A program made the translations under genes and the position numbers. From Girardia tigrina (taxonomy: Eukaryota), in assembly GCA_001938485.1 (NCBI GenBank), contig MQRK01232656.1, positions 1-64,000 of the forward strand: a stretch of DNA of 64,000 bases, read 5' to 3'. Position 1 is the first letter of the stretch. Each line of letters opens with the position of its first letter. This document shows, piece after piece, positions 35,489 through 50,400 of the stretch. The notes under the pieces were generated by a model. The model was not told the origin of the DNA, ran no database searches, and saw only the letters and a list, made by a program, of their open reading frames with translations.

Positions 35489-38400
35489 ATGGCATCGAAC
35501 AATAATAGATCAAGAGACACATCGGGGACTTTATCATCGAAGAAGAAGGAATGCTTTACGTTTGAACCACAACAATGGAGAAGAACAGTTTGTAAGAATT
35601 GCTTTAGATCTTTGCCAGACCATCCTACAGAACCTTCGTCAAGTAGTGGAAATAATGGAAAGGGTATAAGTCCAAGAACCAGTCCATTATTAGGTACAAA
35701 ATCAGTGAGTGGAAATAATTCTCAATCATCGATTTCCAAAGATCCAGTCTTAAGAAAAGGGGAAACATCCCCGAATAATCGTCGTCGTCCCAAGTCCGAT
35801 GAATTCAAACAAAAAACCCCATCTCCAAGAGAAAGTAAACGAACGATGGGATCGAATACCGGAAGACGAAGTCCAGCTTCGAGTCCATCTTCCGGTGTTT
35901 CAAGACATTCAGGCTCATTTTCTGCCAACAGACAAAATTCTACATCGAGCATCGATACCAAATATGTAGAAGAGTTGGAAAACGATTTTTTCGATTTAGA
36001 GGACAAATACGACGAAATCAGTAAAGAGAAACTCGAATTGGAAAAGGAATTAATTGAAAAAAACAATCTTAACGAAGATCTCCAAGAGGATATTGAGACT
36101 TATAAAAATAAAATTATGCATTTTGAAAGACGAATTCAACATCTAGACGAAGAAGTTCGTAATTACCGGTAAGGAGTTGTGATGTTTATTTACGTTATGA
36201 TGTCACGATTTGTTTATCAAATAAAAACAGAATTTATGATGTCATTTAATGATTTTTTATTTATATTAAAATAGAGAAAGACTCAAGCTGCCGGAAAGCG
36301 ATCAAGCAAATATAGATGTAAACGATACAATGAATACAAAACACCAAGAAATCCTTGCCGAAAATGAACAACTGAGGTTGAGGATGGAGGAAATCGAACA
36401 GTTGTGTCAAGATGTGATGGAAGAGAACGATATGTTGAAAGAAGAACAGGATGAGATGCAAAGGGAAATTGAAGAAATGCACGACCATTTTCAGGTTCGT
36501 ATTTCGAGTGTTTTTACTATTATTCGTTATCTATTTTAGATTATTTGCAGTTGATAATTATTTCCCAAAAATTTCCACATTTTATCATTAAAATTTAATC
36601 TTAATTGGGCTTGTTCTTCTTGAAAAAAAAGAAAACATTCCTCCCAAAAATCACAACAAAGTTCATTGGAAACACGTGTTGGCTTCCTTGCCACAACCTC
36701 TTTTCCCGGGTTGAAATAACATTTATCTTACCCGAACGGAATGAGAGAAGAAGGCGGAATAAATATAGTCAAATTTATTAAGAATATTTACTTTAAATTA
36801 ATTTTAATTGACACTTTATTATATTTTTATTATTTTTTGATTCAATATTTGTATTTTATTAAAATTTTATATAAAATATGTATAAAACAAATTTTAACTC
36901 CACATAATCCCTTTGATCCCCCTTGTATAAGACCCTGATCTTGCATTTATTTATTATTTATCCTTTGATTATCATTATTTAAAATTATTATTTGTTAGAG
37001 TCATTATAATAATGTATACATAATTATCAGTGGCGGATTTAGATTTTGGTGCGTGGGGGGGGGCGAGAAAACTTTCAGGGGGCACCAAAAAGGATAAAGG
37101 TAGTTCTAGCTCTACTAATTTTAATATTGAGTAAATACTATAATATACACGATTTGTACGCTTCCCGCTATCTTGTTCCAGAGGTAGACAGCACCAAAAA
37201 ATAAATAACTATTAAAAGTAATGAAGTTTTGTTGACCCGTCATTATTACCGACTTTTAATAATATTTGGGTTTACTCCGGCCGGATATATTTAATATTAA
37301 TAAATGGCTGTAGTGTAGAGTGGTAACTGGAGTGTATTAACCCCCATATGACTTTATAGACAGACAAAACTTGTACAAGCAGCAAGTGGAAAGTGAAATC
37401 TTAAGTCACAGTAGTATTCTCTACTGCCCAAAAATATTATACCTGCTAGCCTACTGCATCATCTATGTCTAACAACACGACATGGTAATATTACAAATAG
37501 CAAAGCAGCAGCAGCAATATGTTGCAGTGTCCACGTTAATAATACATACCAAACCAATCCATTTAGTTCTTCTGCACCTTGTGTCAGTGTTAAGGATGAA
37601 ACTTAATCATAATGCAGCTAATTCTTGTACACATAACTACACATTTATAAAAGTCATCTTTGGGGCGCCCTTTAGAATCCAACAAGGGCATGTGGGGGCG
37701 TTCTGCCCCCAAGTCCTATAGCTAAATCCACCACTAATAATTATATATATTTATAATTTATAATAAAAACATTTTAAGATTCAAATTTAAAATTATGAAA
37801 TAATCAATGATCGCTATGTGATCGCATAAATTATAAAATATTAATTAATATTATAATTTCCTCAATGTCTGGACAAACCAAAGAACGCTAAAGATTATTT
37901 ACAAAAGATTTTTGTTACATATACCTCCCACGAATACAGCAGTAATCGTATCACTGAAACATCAAATAAATCTAAGTTTCAGTTACAAGGTCAGAAACTT
38001 TTGAAGATATCATATGTATCGCAACCTAACATTAACATTATTGTTGTTTGGTGTTATTGAATAGACCATCTAATCGATCCACTAAATACTAAATACCTAA
38101 TATCGAACCAGGATTTCTTTTTTCATCTGTGATCAAAGTTTTTAACCTTCTTTCTACTCTGTCTGTTAATTCGTTAACCTCCTCAGACCTAACTTTATTT
38201 TAAATATTTTCAGAATTTGCAAGAATGGCACATAACACAAATGTTACTTACTAGATGGGGACGCTGGCAAGAATAAACGAATAAATATTGTGTATATTAC
38301 GATGTATAAAAGGTTCTTAATGTAAAAAAAGTCGAAAATGGCTTCGAAAGAAGGATTGGAATTTATGTACATTACAATGTGCACTGGGTCTGAGGAGGTT

Positions 38401-41400
38401 AAGGTTTAATTATTTAATATATTTTGATTATTAAAATATCTTATTTTAATCAGTATATTTTCCTTTGGGCTTCTTTTTAGTTTGAATGTGAATTAATATA
38501 TATATCATATAAACTTAACTGTGTATATACTAATTCATTTTTACCACTCTTTAAATGTCCTTGGATTCTCTTTTGAAGACGAATTATTTCACTTAAATTT
38601 TCATATCGATGATTTTTATAACGTTAGTGAAGGAGGAACTATTGTAAAAGATGAGATGAGAAGTTTTTATGATAAAAGAATTAGCAAGGCTAATGTTTCT
38701 GTGTCCAAATTTTGTTGGTTCTTTTAATCTTGTCTTAAAAGACTTTGTCGTTGGTAGGTTCGATATCAACAGTTGAAGTCATAACACTAAAATTTCATTA
38801 ATATTACACAACAACATATTTTTCGAATAAATTTTTCATTTACACAAACCATTTATACATAATGATAATTAAATATAAATTTGAATACTTAATTTATTAC
38901 TTCTTTAATTTAGGAATTTCCAAAATAAATTTTATTACATTACTTTTATTATATTTTAAAAAATCTTAAACTATACTTTTTCAGTTTAGAGAAATCTTTA
39001 TTTTAATAAAAATCTTAAAGCAAAGTTTCTTATATTTTATATTAATAACTAAAATGAAATAACTAAAATTAATAACTAAATGTCATATGTAAATTGGTTC
39101 AATTCTGGAACATATCAATTTACATGTCCCAAGTGCCAAGCCTTGTACATTGGAGAAACAAACCGTCATCTCCGCACTAGGGTAGCCGAACTTTCTCAAC
39201 AGAGCAGGAAAAGTTCAATTCTGGAACACCTGACGAAATGCAAAGATCGGGAAACTGTCAATTGGGAAAGTGAATTTCAAAATATTGAACTCGAATTTCG
39301 ATACTTCTAGTGAAAGGATCATCCCAGAAGCACTTCTAATAAAGTATTTAGTACCATGCTTGAATGTGCAGAGTAAAATCACATCAATATATTTCAATTG
39401 ACATCAATATATATATATATATATATATATAAGCCGTTAAATAATTTATAATGTTTAAGATCTTTTTCTTGTCTATACTTATTTTAGTGTTTGTACAAGA
39501 ATCCACAATACAAAGATCATAATAAAATGAACACATTTTGTAAAACTATTTCACCAATCTCCAGACTATGTCGTATTTATATAATGCAAATCAACTAGCA
39601 CATATGGGAAACATATTGTTGAAATACCAAAACATTTATGACAGTAAATAAATTTGTTATGAATTGTCGTATAACGTATAAAGTTCATACAATTACAAAA
39701 TGGAAGAGATAAACAGTTGTAAAACACAAATTGACGAATAGGTCGAGTAAGAGTGCAAAATAATCCGGATAAATGACGAAGAGGAATTCTTACCTGAGAT
39801 AAATTACATATTTTATTTCACTGTTTTATTTTACTTTTCATAAAATTATTAATAATATTATTATCAGCATGAATAAATTTATTAATAACAAAATCAGAAT
39901 TATTACTTTCAGAATTTGTTATCATTCTTGTTTTTATATCGTAATATTTAACTACCTTTAATGAAATGTCATTTATTCAATAATGTAATTATCAAAAATA
40001 TTATTAGATTAAATTATTTTACAAAACTATTCCAAACATAAAATTCAATTTTAAATTGAAAAATATTTTTTTTCAGATATTAATAATTTGAAAATACTCA
40101 ATCAGAAACACTCTGAAACAACACACAACATTCAAAAATATTCCTCACAGAAACTGATGATTAATGATTGATTGATTAAAACACACACACAGACACATAC
40201 ATACATACTAACAACAGCCAATCATTGATCAACATTTAAAATGAGAAAAGTAAAGTTACACTAATATTACTATCATAGGCGCCCGCGGGATTTTTTCCAA
40301 AGGGAGTGGGGCAAAAAAAATTCCTTAGGTAGAATTTTTATAGTGAGGGGGCAAATTTTAAAACTTCTACTGGGTAGAATTTTTTAATAATAGCAATTTA
40401 TTTATTTATTTTCCTACTCATCAATTTCGAAATCACAAAAACATAAATTACATTAATAAGCCCCAGCTTACACAATAAACAACATTAAAAAGAAAATATT
40501 CAAATTGATATTTATCAGAACACGCATTTTTTTTCAAAAGTGTTTTATTTACAATCACAAATTATTCTGTGAAAAGAAATGGCAACCTTCTCTTTTCTAA
40601 CGCAAAACGATTAAGAACATTTATAAAATATTGTTCTTGCAATTTGTCTATTTTATGACGATGGACACTCATCTTGCAAAGGCCATTCAATCTATTCTCA
40701 ACCATAGTTGGCCGTAACCATGTTTTAAACCTTGTAGAGTACTAAATGACCTCTCTACTGTACAAGTAGTAGCTTGAAGTGTCAATGACAGAGTAATGAC
40801 CAAAAAATAAGGATAAAATACTAAAGAATGCTGTATTAAATCTAAGAAAATCAGATTTTGAATCTCATTTATGGATTTATCGTTCCAATATGCACGCCAA
40901 AATGTAGCATCTGCTGTGAAATTTAATTTACTATTTATATTTTGTTTTTTGTACATATTTAATTTTTTATTCCAGGGGGGGTGAAAGCCCCCTTATCACC
41001 CTTTTGAAAGCGCATATGATTACTATTTAATAATGTAAATAGAGTAATTCAACATATATTAATTTTTTTAATTTAAATTGAAATAAATTCGTAGAGGTTT
41101 AATTATTTACAAACATTATATACGTAATAATTATGTAATTTACAATTAATTTAAAATTTGCTAAAATAAATTTTGATAGTATGTAACTTGGAACACTGGT
41201 ATAAAAAGTGTTTCAAACATTTTACTTTATGTCGGTAAGTCTCCCAAATTAAGATTTCCTGATATTAAATCTATATTGCCAGTTGTTTCGATTTCGTCAC
41301 ATTTCAAAATAAGATCTCTTTTATTTTAGAGGATTCATAAAACTTTAAGAACTGCTCAATTTTTGTTATACAAAGAAAAAGATATTTGTGGAATGCAGAG

Positions 41401-44400
41401 TTACTAAATGTTTAAGAAAAGATTTAGAATAGCAATTCTTATTTAATAATAAACTTAGTTTATAAAATGCTTTCAAAAGATTTAATAAAAAAGTATTCTG
41501 GCTGATACTTTTACAATTACTTTACAATTACTTTACAATTACTGACACAATTACTTTGACAACATTTATTATTACAACAATGAGATTTGCATCCCTGACA
41601 TATTTCGGTAGATCGTTTATGTGAGAGGTGGTTGCAACATCGATATTCGAGTTCATTTTTTTAACACCAAAATTTATTTATATAACAATTCACATATTTA
41701 AAAGAAATTTTCCTGTTAATTTAATTATCTCGCCCCAAATTAATCCATTAAATTCTTTTCGATTCAATTTTTAAAATCCTGAAAATTTATTTCAAAAATT
41801 ATTTAAAATTTATTTTCCAAATTTATTTAAAATTGCTTATTAAAAATATTTTTATTTATAAATAAATATTTAATATTTTATAGTTTTCTTAACATGTTTA
41901 ATTTTAAGATATTTAATAGATACATTAAAATATATTTTTTATTTTTAAATAGATATTTAATTTTTTATGCTTTGCTTTTATTATATCATTTTAAATTTTT
42001 TAAAATATTTAAAAACACATTAAAAATATTTTATTTTTAAAAACGTTTTTGATTTTTAATAGTTTTTTTATTATATCATTTTTAATTTTAAAATATTGAA
42101 TAAGCGTATTAACATTAAAATATTTTACCCCTTAAATTACAAAAATAATAAATTATTCTGGTGAGATAAAAATTTAAATTAACCCCTCGTAGTTTACAAG
42201 TCTGAATTCTAGTTAGTGAAATCACATTTATATTATATGGTATTTTACTCATGATTATTCGAAAAAAATTTCTAAATTTTGAAATCTCCGAATCGAGTTA
42301 ATAATTTAAATTTTTTTGTTTAACTTCGAAATTTATTTTTCATTTAAATTTCATTAAAATTTTTTTTAGTAAATATCATTATGGAAAAATATTTTTAGAA
42401 ATATTTTAAACCTCAAAATTTATTTTATTAAGGTTCGTTAAAACGATTTTTTAAATAAATACTAATTTTATTACTGTATAATCTTTGGTTAATAATTAAA
42501 ATATCGAAAATACAAAATTTAATAACTTTTTAGAAATTATTGATATTTAAAATTTAGCCTACTTATATTATTTCATAAATTTAAATTTTATCAGATTTTT
42601 AATTACATTAACTTCTCAAAATTCTAATTATGTTCGAATAATCAGTTAACACAAATTCAATAACAGACTGACTTCCAACTGGGTGAGGGAATCACCATTC
42701 TAAGATCAGCATACTAAAAGAAACTTACCACATGCATACACATTTTAAATATTCCTCACACTGGCTAAAGTAAAAATGTTCTACATTAAAATTACCAAGT
42801 CCAAATTAAAATGTCCAACAATCTTTAACTTAAAACCAATAATAGTAAAAAAAATCAAGTTATTTTAACAAATAAAAATGTTTTTATATTTTATTTTGTT
42901 TATGATAAATTAAATGAAAAATAATTATACAATAAAATAGCATACTAAGAGTTAAGGTTAGGGTTAGGCTATAAGGCCGTCCTTCTCAAAAGTTCTTGAA
43001 GGTGGTCTTTGTCATATTCAAAAGGTCGCCAATCTTGCGCAATACTCAGAACCAAAACCTTCCCTTCATTCATTGAGCAAATATTTAGAACTGTTTTGAG
43101 ATAACTTTGTGAACATGACGAAAGCCAAAGTAATGTAAGTCTCAAAAATAAAGATTTTCGTTATCTGGATTTTTTATTTGTATCGCCTAAAATTAAAGTA
43201 AAATTCACTTTGGTAGAAAATTAATGATAAAAGAACTCGAAAAGCTATTTGAAATGGCTATCTAATTTTTGCTAAACAGCATACAAAATATCGAGATAAA
43301 AAACATGGCAACTTATGGAACAATTCAATACGTAAAGTTTTATAATAATAATTTTATTTTATATTTATTTATTAATTACTCTAATAGTTGTAAAACAAGG
43401 ATGAATACATTCTAATTTGCAGGAAGATGACACGGATACACTGAGAGAACTCAAAAGGGACCTTGAAACCTCTAATAAAAATTGTCGAATCTTTCAGTTC
43501 AAATTGAGGAAAACCGAAAGACGGTACGAACAATGTGAGAATGAAAGATCAGTTTTAGAAGAAAAACTCAACCGACTCGAGTCCCAATTGTACAGTGAAA
43601 ACGATGTTAATTTAATCAGAACTTTGGAGGTTGATTTCGATCTTACTTTTATTAATATTTAAAGGTCAATAATTTAGGAAGAGCTTCGAATTGCAAAAGA
43701 AGTATCTGTTAGACTGAATAGCGAACTAGAGTTGGTTGATGAAAAACGCTCATATTTTGAGGAGGACAATAAACATTTAAAAGGAGAACTGAAAGATTCT
43801 GAAACTAGACGACGAAATCTTGAAGCGGAATTAGCAAAATGTCGTCAAGAAGTAACTTTTCTTTAATATTTTTGAGATAATCAGAATTTTTAGATTGAAA
43901 AACTAAAATCCCTGGACACATCAGGGGCTCTACAGATTCCAGAAACGACATCCAAGGTAAATCAGTTATTCTTAAACATTTTTTCAAATTTTCCTTAAAT
44001 AATTCCTTAGAGAAAAAATCGGAATCTGGAATCTCTGAGCAGGGAACCAAGTTTTGAAGAACAAAGTCTTCAAAGAGAACTAGACGCGGCCAAAGAGAGA
44101 GAGACTGACCTTAATGAACAGTTAAAATTTGCTGAAGATGATATTCGAAAATTAAAGAGAAGATTAAATGATATTGAGGAAGAAAATGATTCCCTCTCAA
44201 AAAAATTAGAAACACTAATGAAGTCTACCGTAATACATTATTAATCTTACTTCATTCATAACTAAGATATGCAGAACATCGAAGACAGTGACTTTGATGA
44301 CAATGCCTCAACCCAAGGATTGAAGATTCAAATAGAGCTACTAGAACAACAGAACAGTACTCTACGGAAAAAGTACTTGACTATTGAAAAAGAGAATATC

Positions 44401-47400
44401 AATTTATGCAGCGAGATTCGTCAATTAAAGGCGAAAACGAGTGCAGGTGGTAATAAAAATAAAGCGTTTTTCCTTATTAGTTTTTGTATGTCCATGATTT
44501 CATATGCCATTTCTGTAAACACAAAACAGTAGTCATAGATAAAAGCACTTTAATTTTTTTCTATCTATAAGTGCCCAGTGACTGAAGACAAATTACATAG
44601 CCTAGTCCTAACCTGAATGGCGACAAGGGAACATGGATGCTTTCCGCTGAACTAACATAAGTGACTAGTTCACAAAGGGAGCGATAAGACAGTTATATGC
44701 ATAAATAATTTTCGCATCTGCCTTTGAATTAATTATGAAAACAAGATTGTCGGAAAATTAAGACACATAATGTGTTGTAAAAAGAAGGAAAGTCACGTCA
44801 TTTTAGGTCTTGAAAACGTAGAGAATGTGAATATTTTGTGTTTGAAAGTTGTGTGTTGATTTGGAATTGAGTCTCTTCTACTCAGATGGATGAGTAATAT
44901 TTTAATTCTTATTATCTGAAACTAATTTATTCAATTTTAAGAATTTAAATTCAAATTTAATTTTAACGTATTATAACTCTAAATTTTAAATGATTTTATT
45001 AATTTAAATTTTAACTTTGTAAATTAAATTAAATCAATTTTTTGTAAATTGTTAATCAAATTAATATTTTTAAAAATAATCATTATTATTTTTAATATTA
45101 ACCAATAACATTTGCAGTAAATATTTTTAGAAAAATATGTAGGTTCAAGTTAGTTCAGATTTATGGATGAAAATTAGTTAACTTTTATCGATGAATATGA
45201 GCGAAATCACTACTGCAAAATGGTAGTCATAGATGCAAACATTAGCAATACAAACTGGTTTCACCATGACGGCATCTTCAGTGTAATTAAAATCAAGTTT
45301 TAATAATTATTTATTATTATTACTATTACTCTATAAAATTATTATATCAAAATAGTTTTTATGAACATACTTTAAAAATATCTAAGCGAATCAAAAAATA
45401 ATTTCAATGTATTTAGGCCATACTCAGAGATAGAAATAGAGAAAAACGATAACAGGAAAATAGAACCCCAATAAGCTTAAAAGGGTTTTTTTCTGCTAAT
45501 AAATGTCGAAAGTATTTTGTAATAAATCAAAAACTCCTTTATATTAGTCGAAAAATAATGGCGGTTTTTGAGCTTTATACTTTGCTTATCTACTTTGATA
45601 TGCATATAAGTTTAAATGCATTAGTGTTAGATATTATTTGAAATCTTATGCCTAGCTGTATATTCCTATAGCCATTATTAACATATTGCTGTTATTTTTT
45701 AGAANNNNNNNNNNNNNNNNNNNNNNNNNNNNNNNNNNNNNNNNNNNNNNNNNNNNNNNNNNNNNNNNNNNNNNNNNNNNNNNNNNNNNNNNNNNNNNNN
45801 NNNNNNNNNNNNNNNNNNNNNNNNNNTGAGGACAATGGTGGAAACAGATCCCCGTACAACAATCAGAGAACTTGCAGATGGGTTTGGCATTAGTCATTCA
45901 ACAGTCCTGGATCATTTAAAACAACTTTGAAAAATCAAGAAACTTTATAAATGGGTTCCACATGATTTGAATGAAAATCAAAAGAACCGACGCTATGAAA
46001 TTTGTGCTGCCAATCATCTTCGCAATAAAAACGATCCATTTCTTGATCGTATTGCTACCTGTGATGAGAAATGGATCCTGTATGATAACCGACGTCGATC
46101 TGCACAGTGGTTGGACAAAGATGAAATACCGAAACACTTTTCCAACACTACTTTTTCAGGCATTTCCTACAACTTCCTACGTGAACAAATTTTCAAAAAC
46201 CAAAATGATGCTCAAAATGCCTTCCAAGAATTCGTCGCTTCGAGAACCGATGCATTTTATGCTGATGGAATAAAACAACTTGTTTCTCGTTGGCAAAAAT
46301 GTATTGATGCCAATGGTTCATACTTTGATTAATAAACTTTTGTTTCTGTGAATTTGCACGTCTTTGAAGTTTGTCCCAAAACCGCCATTATTTTTCGACC
46401 AACCTAATATATTAAGACAAATCTAGTTTATTAATTCAAATATCACAAGAGCCATGGACATTTGAAAGACAAGTCAATCTCATCTTTCTACTAGAATTAC
46501 TGACCAAACTCAATCGGGTAGAAATAGTTCGACTTTGACATAAATCATAAGATGATTGTTCCCGAAGCATTGCTAACCATAAACCATTCTTAAACGTGCA
46601 AGTTGATTTATCCAATCACATTAAAATAATTTAAAGCCTGTTTTTTTGGGAGGAGTGTGATGTAGTTATATAATATATAAGTAGTTATTAATTACTTTAT
46701 TTTAGTTATACTTAATTTTCCATTAAAGTCGGTTTGAATGGTGAATAAACTTGATAGCCTTTCTTTTAATTGTTTGTAAGATATACATGTAGTCAATCTT
46801 AAATGTTTTAAATCCATTATCTTCATCTCATACAATAAAACAACAGTTATTAGGTTGTTCGATATGAAACGGGTCAAAATTAAAGTAAAATGTAAATCGA
46901 TTTTTTTTAAATAATAACATTTTATTTTTAATCAAAATATCCCCCCATGTTGTCAACACANNNNNNNNNNNNNNNNNNNNNNNNNNNNNNNNNNNNNNNN
47001 NNNNNNNNNNNNNNNNNNNNNNNNNNNNNNNNNNNNNNNNNNNNNNNNNNNNNNNNNNNNNNNNNNNNNNNNNNNNNNNNNNNNNNNNNNNNNNNNNNNN
47101 NNNNNNNNNNNNNNNNNNNNNNNNNNNNNNNNNNNNNNNNNNNNNNNNNNNNNNNNNNNNNNNNNNNNNNNNNNNNNNNNNNNNNNNNNNNNNNNNNNNN
47201 NNNNNNNNNNNNNNNNNNNNNNNNNNNNNNNNNNNNNNNNNNNNNNNNNNNNNNNNNNNNNNNNNNNNNNNNNNNNNNNNNNNNNNNNNNNNNNNNNNNN
47301 NNNNNNNNNNNNNNNNNNNNNNNNNNNNNNNNNNNNNNNNNNNNNNNNNNNNNNNNNNNNNNNNNNNNNNNNNNNNNNNNNNNNNNNNNNNNNNNNNNNN

Positions 47401-50400
47401 NNNNNNNNNNNNNNNNNNNNNNNNNNNNNNNNNNNNNNNNNNNNNNNNNNNNNNNNNNNNNNNNNNNNNNNNNNNNNNNNNNNNNNNNNNNNNNNNNNNN
47501 NNNNNNNNNNNNNNNNNNNNNNNNNNNNNNNNNNNNNNNNNNNNNNNNNNNNNNNNNNNNNNNNNNNNNNNNNNNNNNNNNNNNNNNNNNNNNNNNNNNN
47601 NNNNNNNNNNNNNNNNNNNNNNNNNNNNNNNNNNNNNNNNNNNNNNNNNNNNNNNNNNNNNNNNNNNNNNNNNNNNNNNNNNNNNNNNNNNNNNNNNNNN
47701 NNNNNNNNNNNNNNNNNNNNNNNNNNNNNNNNNNNNNNNNNNNNNNNNNNNNNNNNNNNNNNNNNNNNNNNNNNNNNNNNNNNNNNNNNNNNNNNNNNNN
47801 NNNNNNNNNNNNNNNNNNNNNNNNNNNNNNNNNNNNNNNNNNNNNNNNNNNNNNNNNNNNNNNNNTATATCTGTCAAGAAATACCTTATTTATTTTCATA
47901 CGATAGTTCAAAGTTAAGTTATACGCGATTGAAATGTAAGGTGTGAAGTTTGACCCGTTTCATATCGAACAACCTAATAGAATATTAACACTTTTAATCT
48001 TTAAAAGACAGAATAACGATTAATTGCAACGATTAATTTCAGGAACGGAGAAGTCCGATGATACAGCAAAAGATGATAAATACAAAGTGTTAGAGGGAAA
48101 AATCAATGATCTTCATTCGGATGTTGAAAGACTAGAAAAAGAAAACCGACGGCTTACCTTACTGAATAGTTTGCAACAGCCAACACCGGGAGTCAAATCC
48201 AAACTTCCTCAGACACAATATCCTGTCGAAACGACAACTGATTTCATACAAAATGTTCAGATCCAAGAACTGAAATCCGAGTGCAATCGGCTGAAAGAAC
48301 AAATTAAACAGTACGATAAACAAATCAAAAATATCTTAACTCAAATAGAACAGCAATTTGGGTCCCATTCATCCGACAAGAAGCAGCTCGACTACCTGAT
48401 CAAATACAACAAGATTTCGTCCAGTTGCAAAAATCACGACAAAGAAATCCTTCAATTATCAAAACAAATAGAATCGCTGAAAGAAGATAATCTGAAATAT
48501 AAGGACTTTTATGATAAAAATTACAAATTAGATATCAAATCGAAATTCGGTCGAGGGGACGTTAAATCTGATTTGGAGAGCGCGAGTAAATCTGTTTTGC
48601 TGGAAGAGATAATTTGCCTGGAAGATGAGATTGGTAATGGTTCAAAGATTTTTATTAAGACTAAATATTTCAATTATGTTTATTTTATTTAATATTTTTA
48701 ATTTTATTTGAAGGTAGAAACAAAATTATTTTTTTTAATCTATAAAACTAAGCTTTCAATAAAATAGTGAAAGAAAAACTCTGTATTCCACTGAAAGAAT
48801 AAGGAAAGTCCAAAGGATTTCGGGAAGATATATTTACGAGTCAAAAAAAACTTTTCACGTATTTTTTACTTGAACCATAAACTTTATATGTAAGTTAGCA
48901 AAATCATATTTATATTCAAAGAGGCTCTATGCCCCAGGAGAATGGAACATTCGTGTATTTAACACAATACTTAGAAACGAAGATCTTATTCAAATGTTGA
49001 AGGATGTATAACTTTGAAAATTTCTTTTCTATTCATTGTATATCTTTATACATAGTCTTAAAGTATTGAAAAATTGGTATCATAAAACATGCTTCGATCT
49101 ATCTTGATCCTCATCAGCTATTCAATAAATATTTTATTGCAAAATGGTAAGAATTATTACATTTCAGTTTAATTTTGTAGGGGAAAATTAATGAAACATA
49201 TTTATTACTAACGCTGCCATATTCATTCCTTTTTGGCTGTTAATGTCTAGTTAGCAAATGATTTACAATACGGTCTTTCATAACAAGAATCAAAATTAAT
49301 TTGAAGAACAGAAAACTCATCTTTGGAAGTGAATGAGGTTCTATTATTGCAACAAATTCAACAATCAAACCTCACTGGTTTGACTCGGCTTATAAATGTA
49401 CACACCAATCCATATTTTGAGAGGACGAATGTTTTTCAGTGTACGAGTTATGACACGCGTTACAGTTAAATTGATACTCAAGATTAGCTTATAATGTTGA
49501 ATCAGTTCTCGATTTTATTGCAAGGAATTCTCTAATTTTGGTTGTTATTGGCACTATCTTAACATTGTCAATATTTTATGTGTTTCAAAATTTCTAAATC
49601 CTTCATAAAATGGTATTTTTATGATTTTAGAACGCTTCTATCATCCTCCTTCTAGAACTTTACAATGCGGATTTTATCAAACACTAATCTAATATTGATT
49701 TCTTTTTCCATATTATTATTACTTACGGCCACATATTATTAATAATTTGTTTTTCTAGAATGTCAGACTACTTTAGAATTTCAGCATACTTATCATTAAA
49801 GTAAAGATTTAGAATTCCGTAAACTAACACTTTGATCTTACCATTTTGTATTTCACTTCACTGTGTCTTTTGACGTTGTATAAAGTCATGTTTTTGTTAT
49901 TTTTTAGAGCATTTGACTTCATATCTTTCTTTCAATCTTTTAAGAAACATCCATGAATGGAACATTGATTTCATTTTCCATTTTTATTGTGATATTTTGG
50001 TGTGCAATTTTCTTCACAACCAAAAACAATTTCGTCCACATAGATCATATTTTCACTTGTCTGTGTTTTCATTTTTTCACTAGACTTAACCCTACGAGAC
50101 GAGCTTTAGTTTCTTATTCCATAAAATGATTATAAATCAGCCAGACCCTTTTCCAACTCGATCTCAACAAATCAACACTAAACAAATACACAAGAAGAAT
50201 AAGAAGACATTATTCTTTGATGGATTGTCCGATTGTGTATTTTGTTCGGGTGATTATCAATGTAAGATAATTTTATTTTTTAAACCAAAGTCTGCCTTCT
50301 TATTGTGGTCTTACGTAAGGAATTCATTATCTCTTAATGATCTAGTTATTATATTTGTTATTTATTACTTATTAAATAAAATTATTATCATTATATTTAT

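Noticed and set aside
35722-36066. Antisense ORFs overlapping host exons (also 4506-4709, 26150-26362, 36261-36488, 43805-44050, 54002-54199, 61868-62086)
   Set aside because: Reverse-frame shadows of real coding exons with no independent motifs.
42951-42968. Interstitial telomere
   Set aside because: Only about three imperfect units, in a TE-like context.
46828-47911. Three long ORFs of 319-349 aa in the ORF track
   Set aside because: Artefacts of translating through the N gap; the same applies to ORFs over 45705-45826 and 53356-53532, except the real mariner N-terminus.
48880-50090. Possible decayed retroelement/transposase on the minus strand in intron 8
   Set aside because: Only faint motif resemblance with many stops; class and boundaries cannot be assigned.
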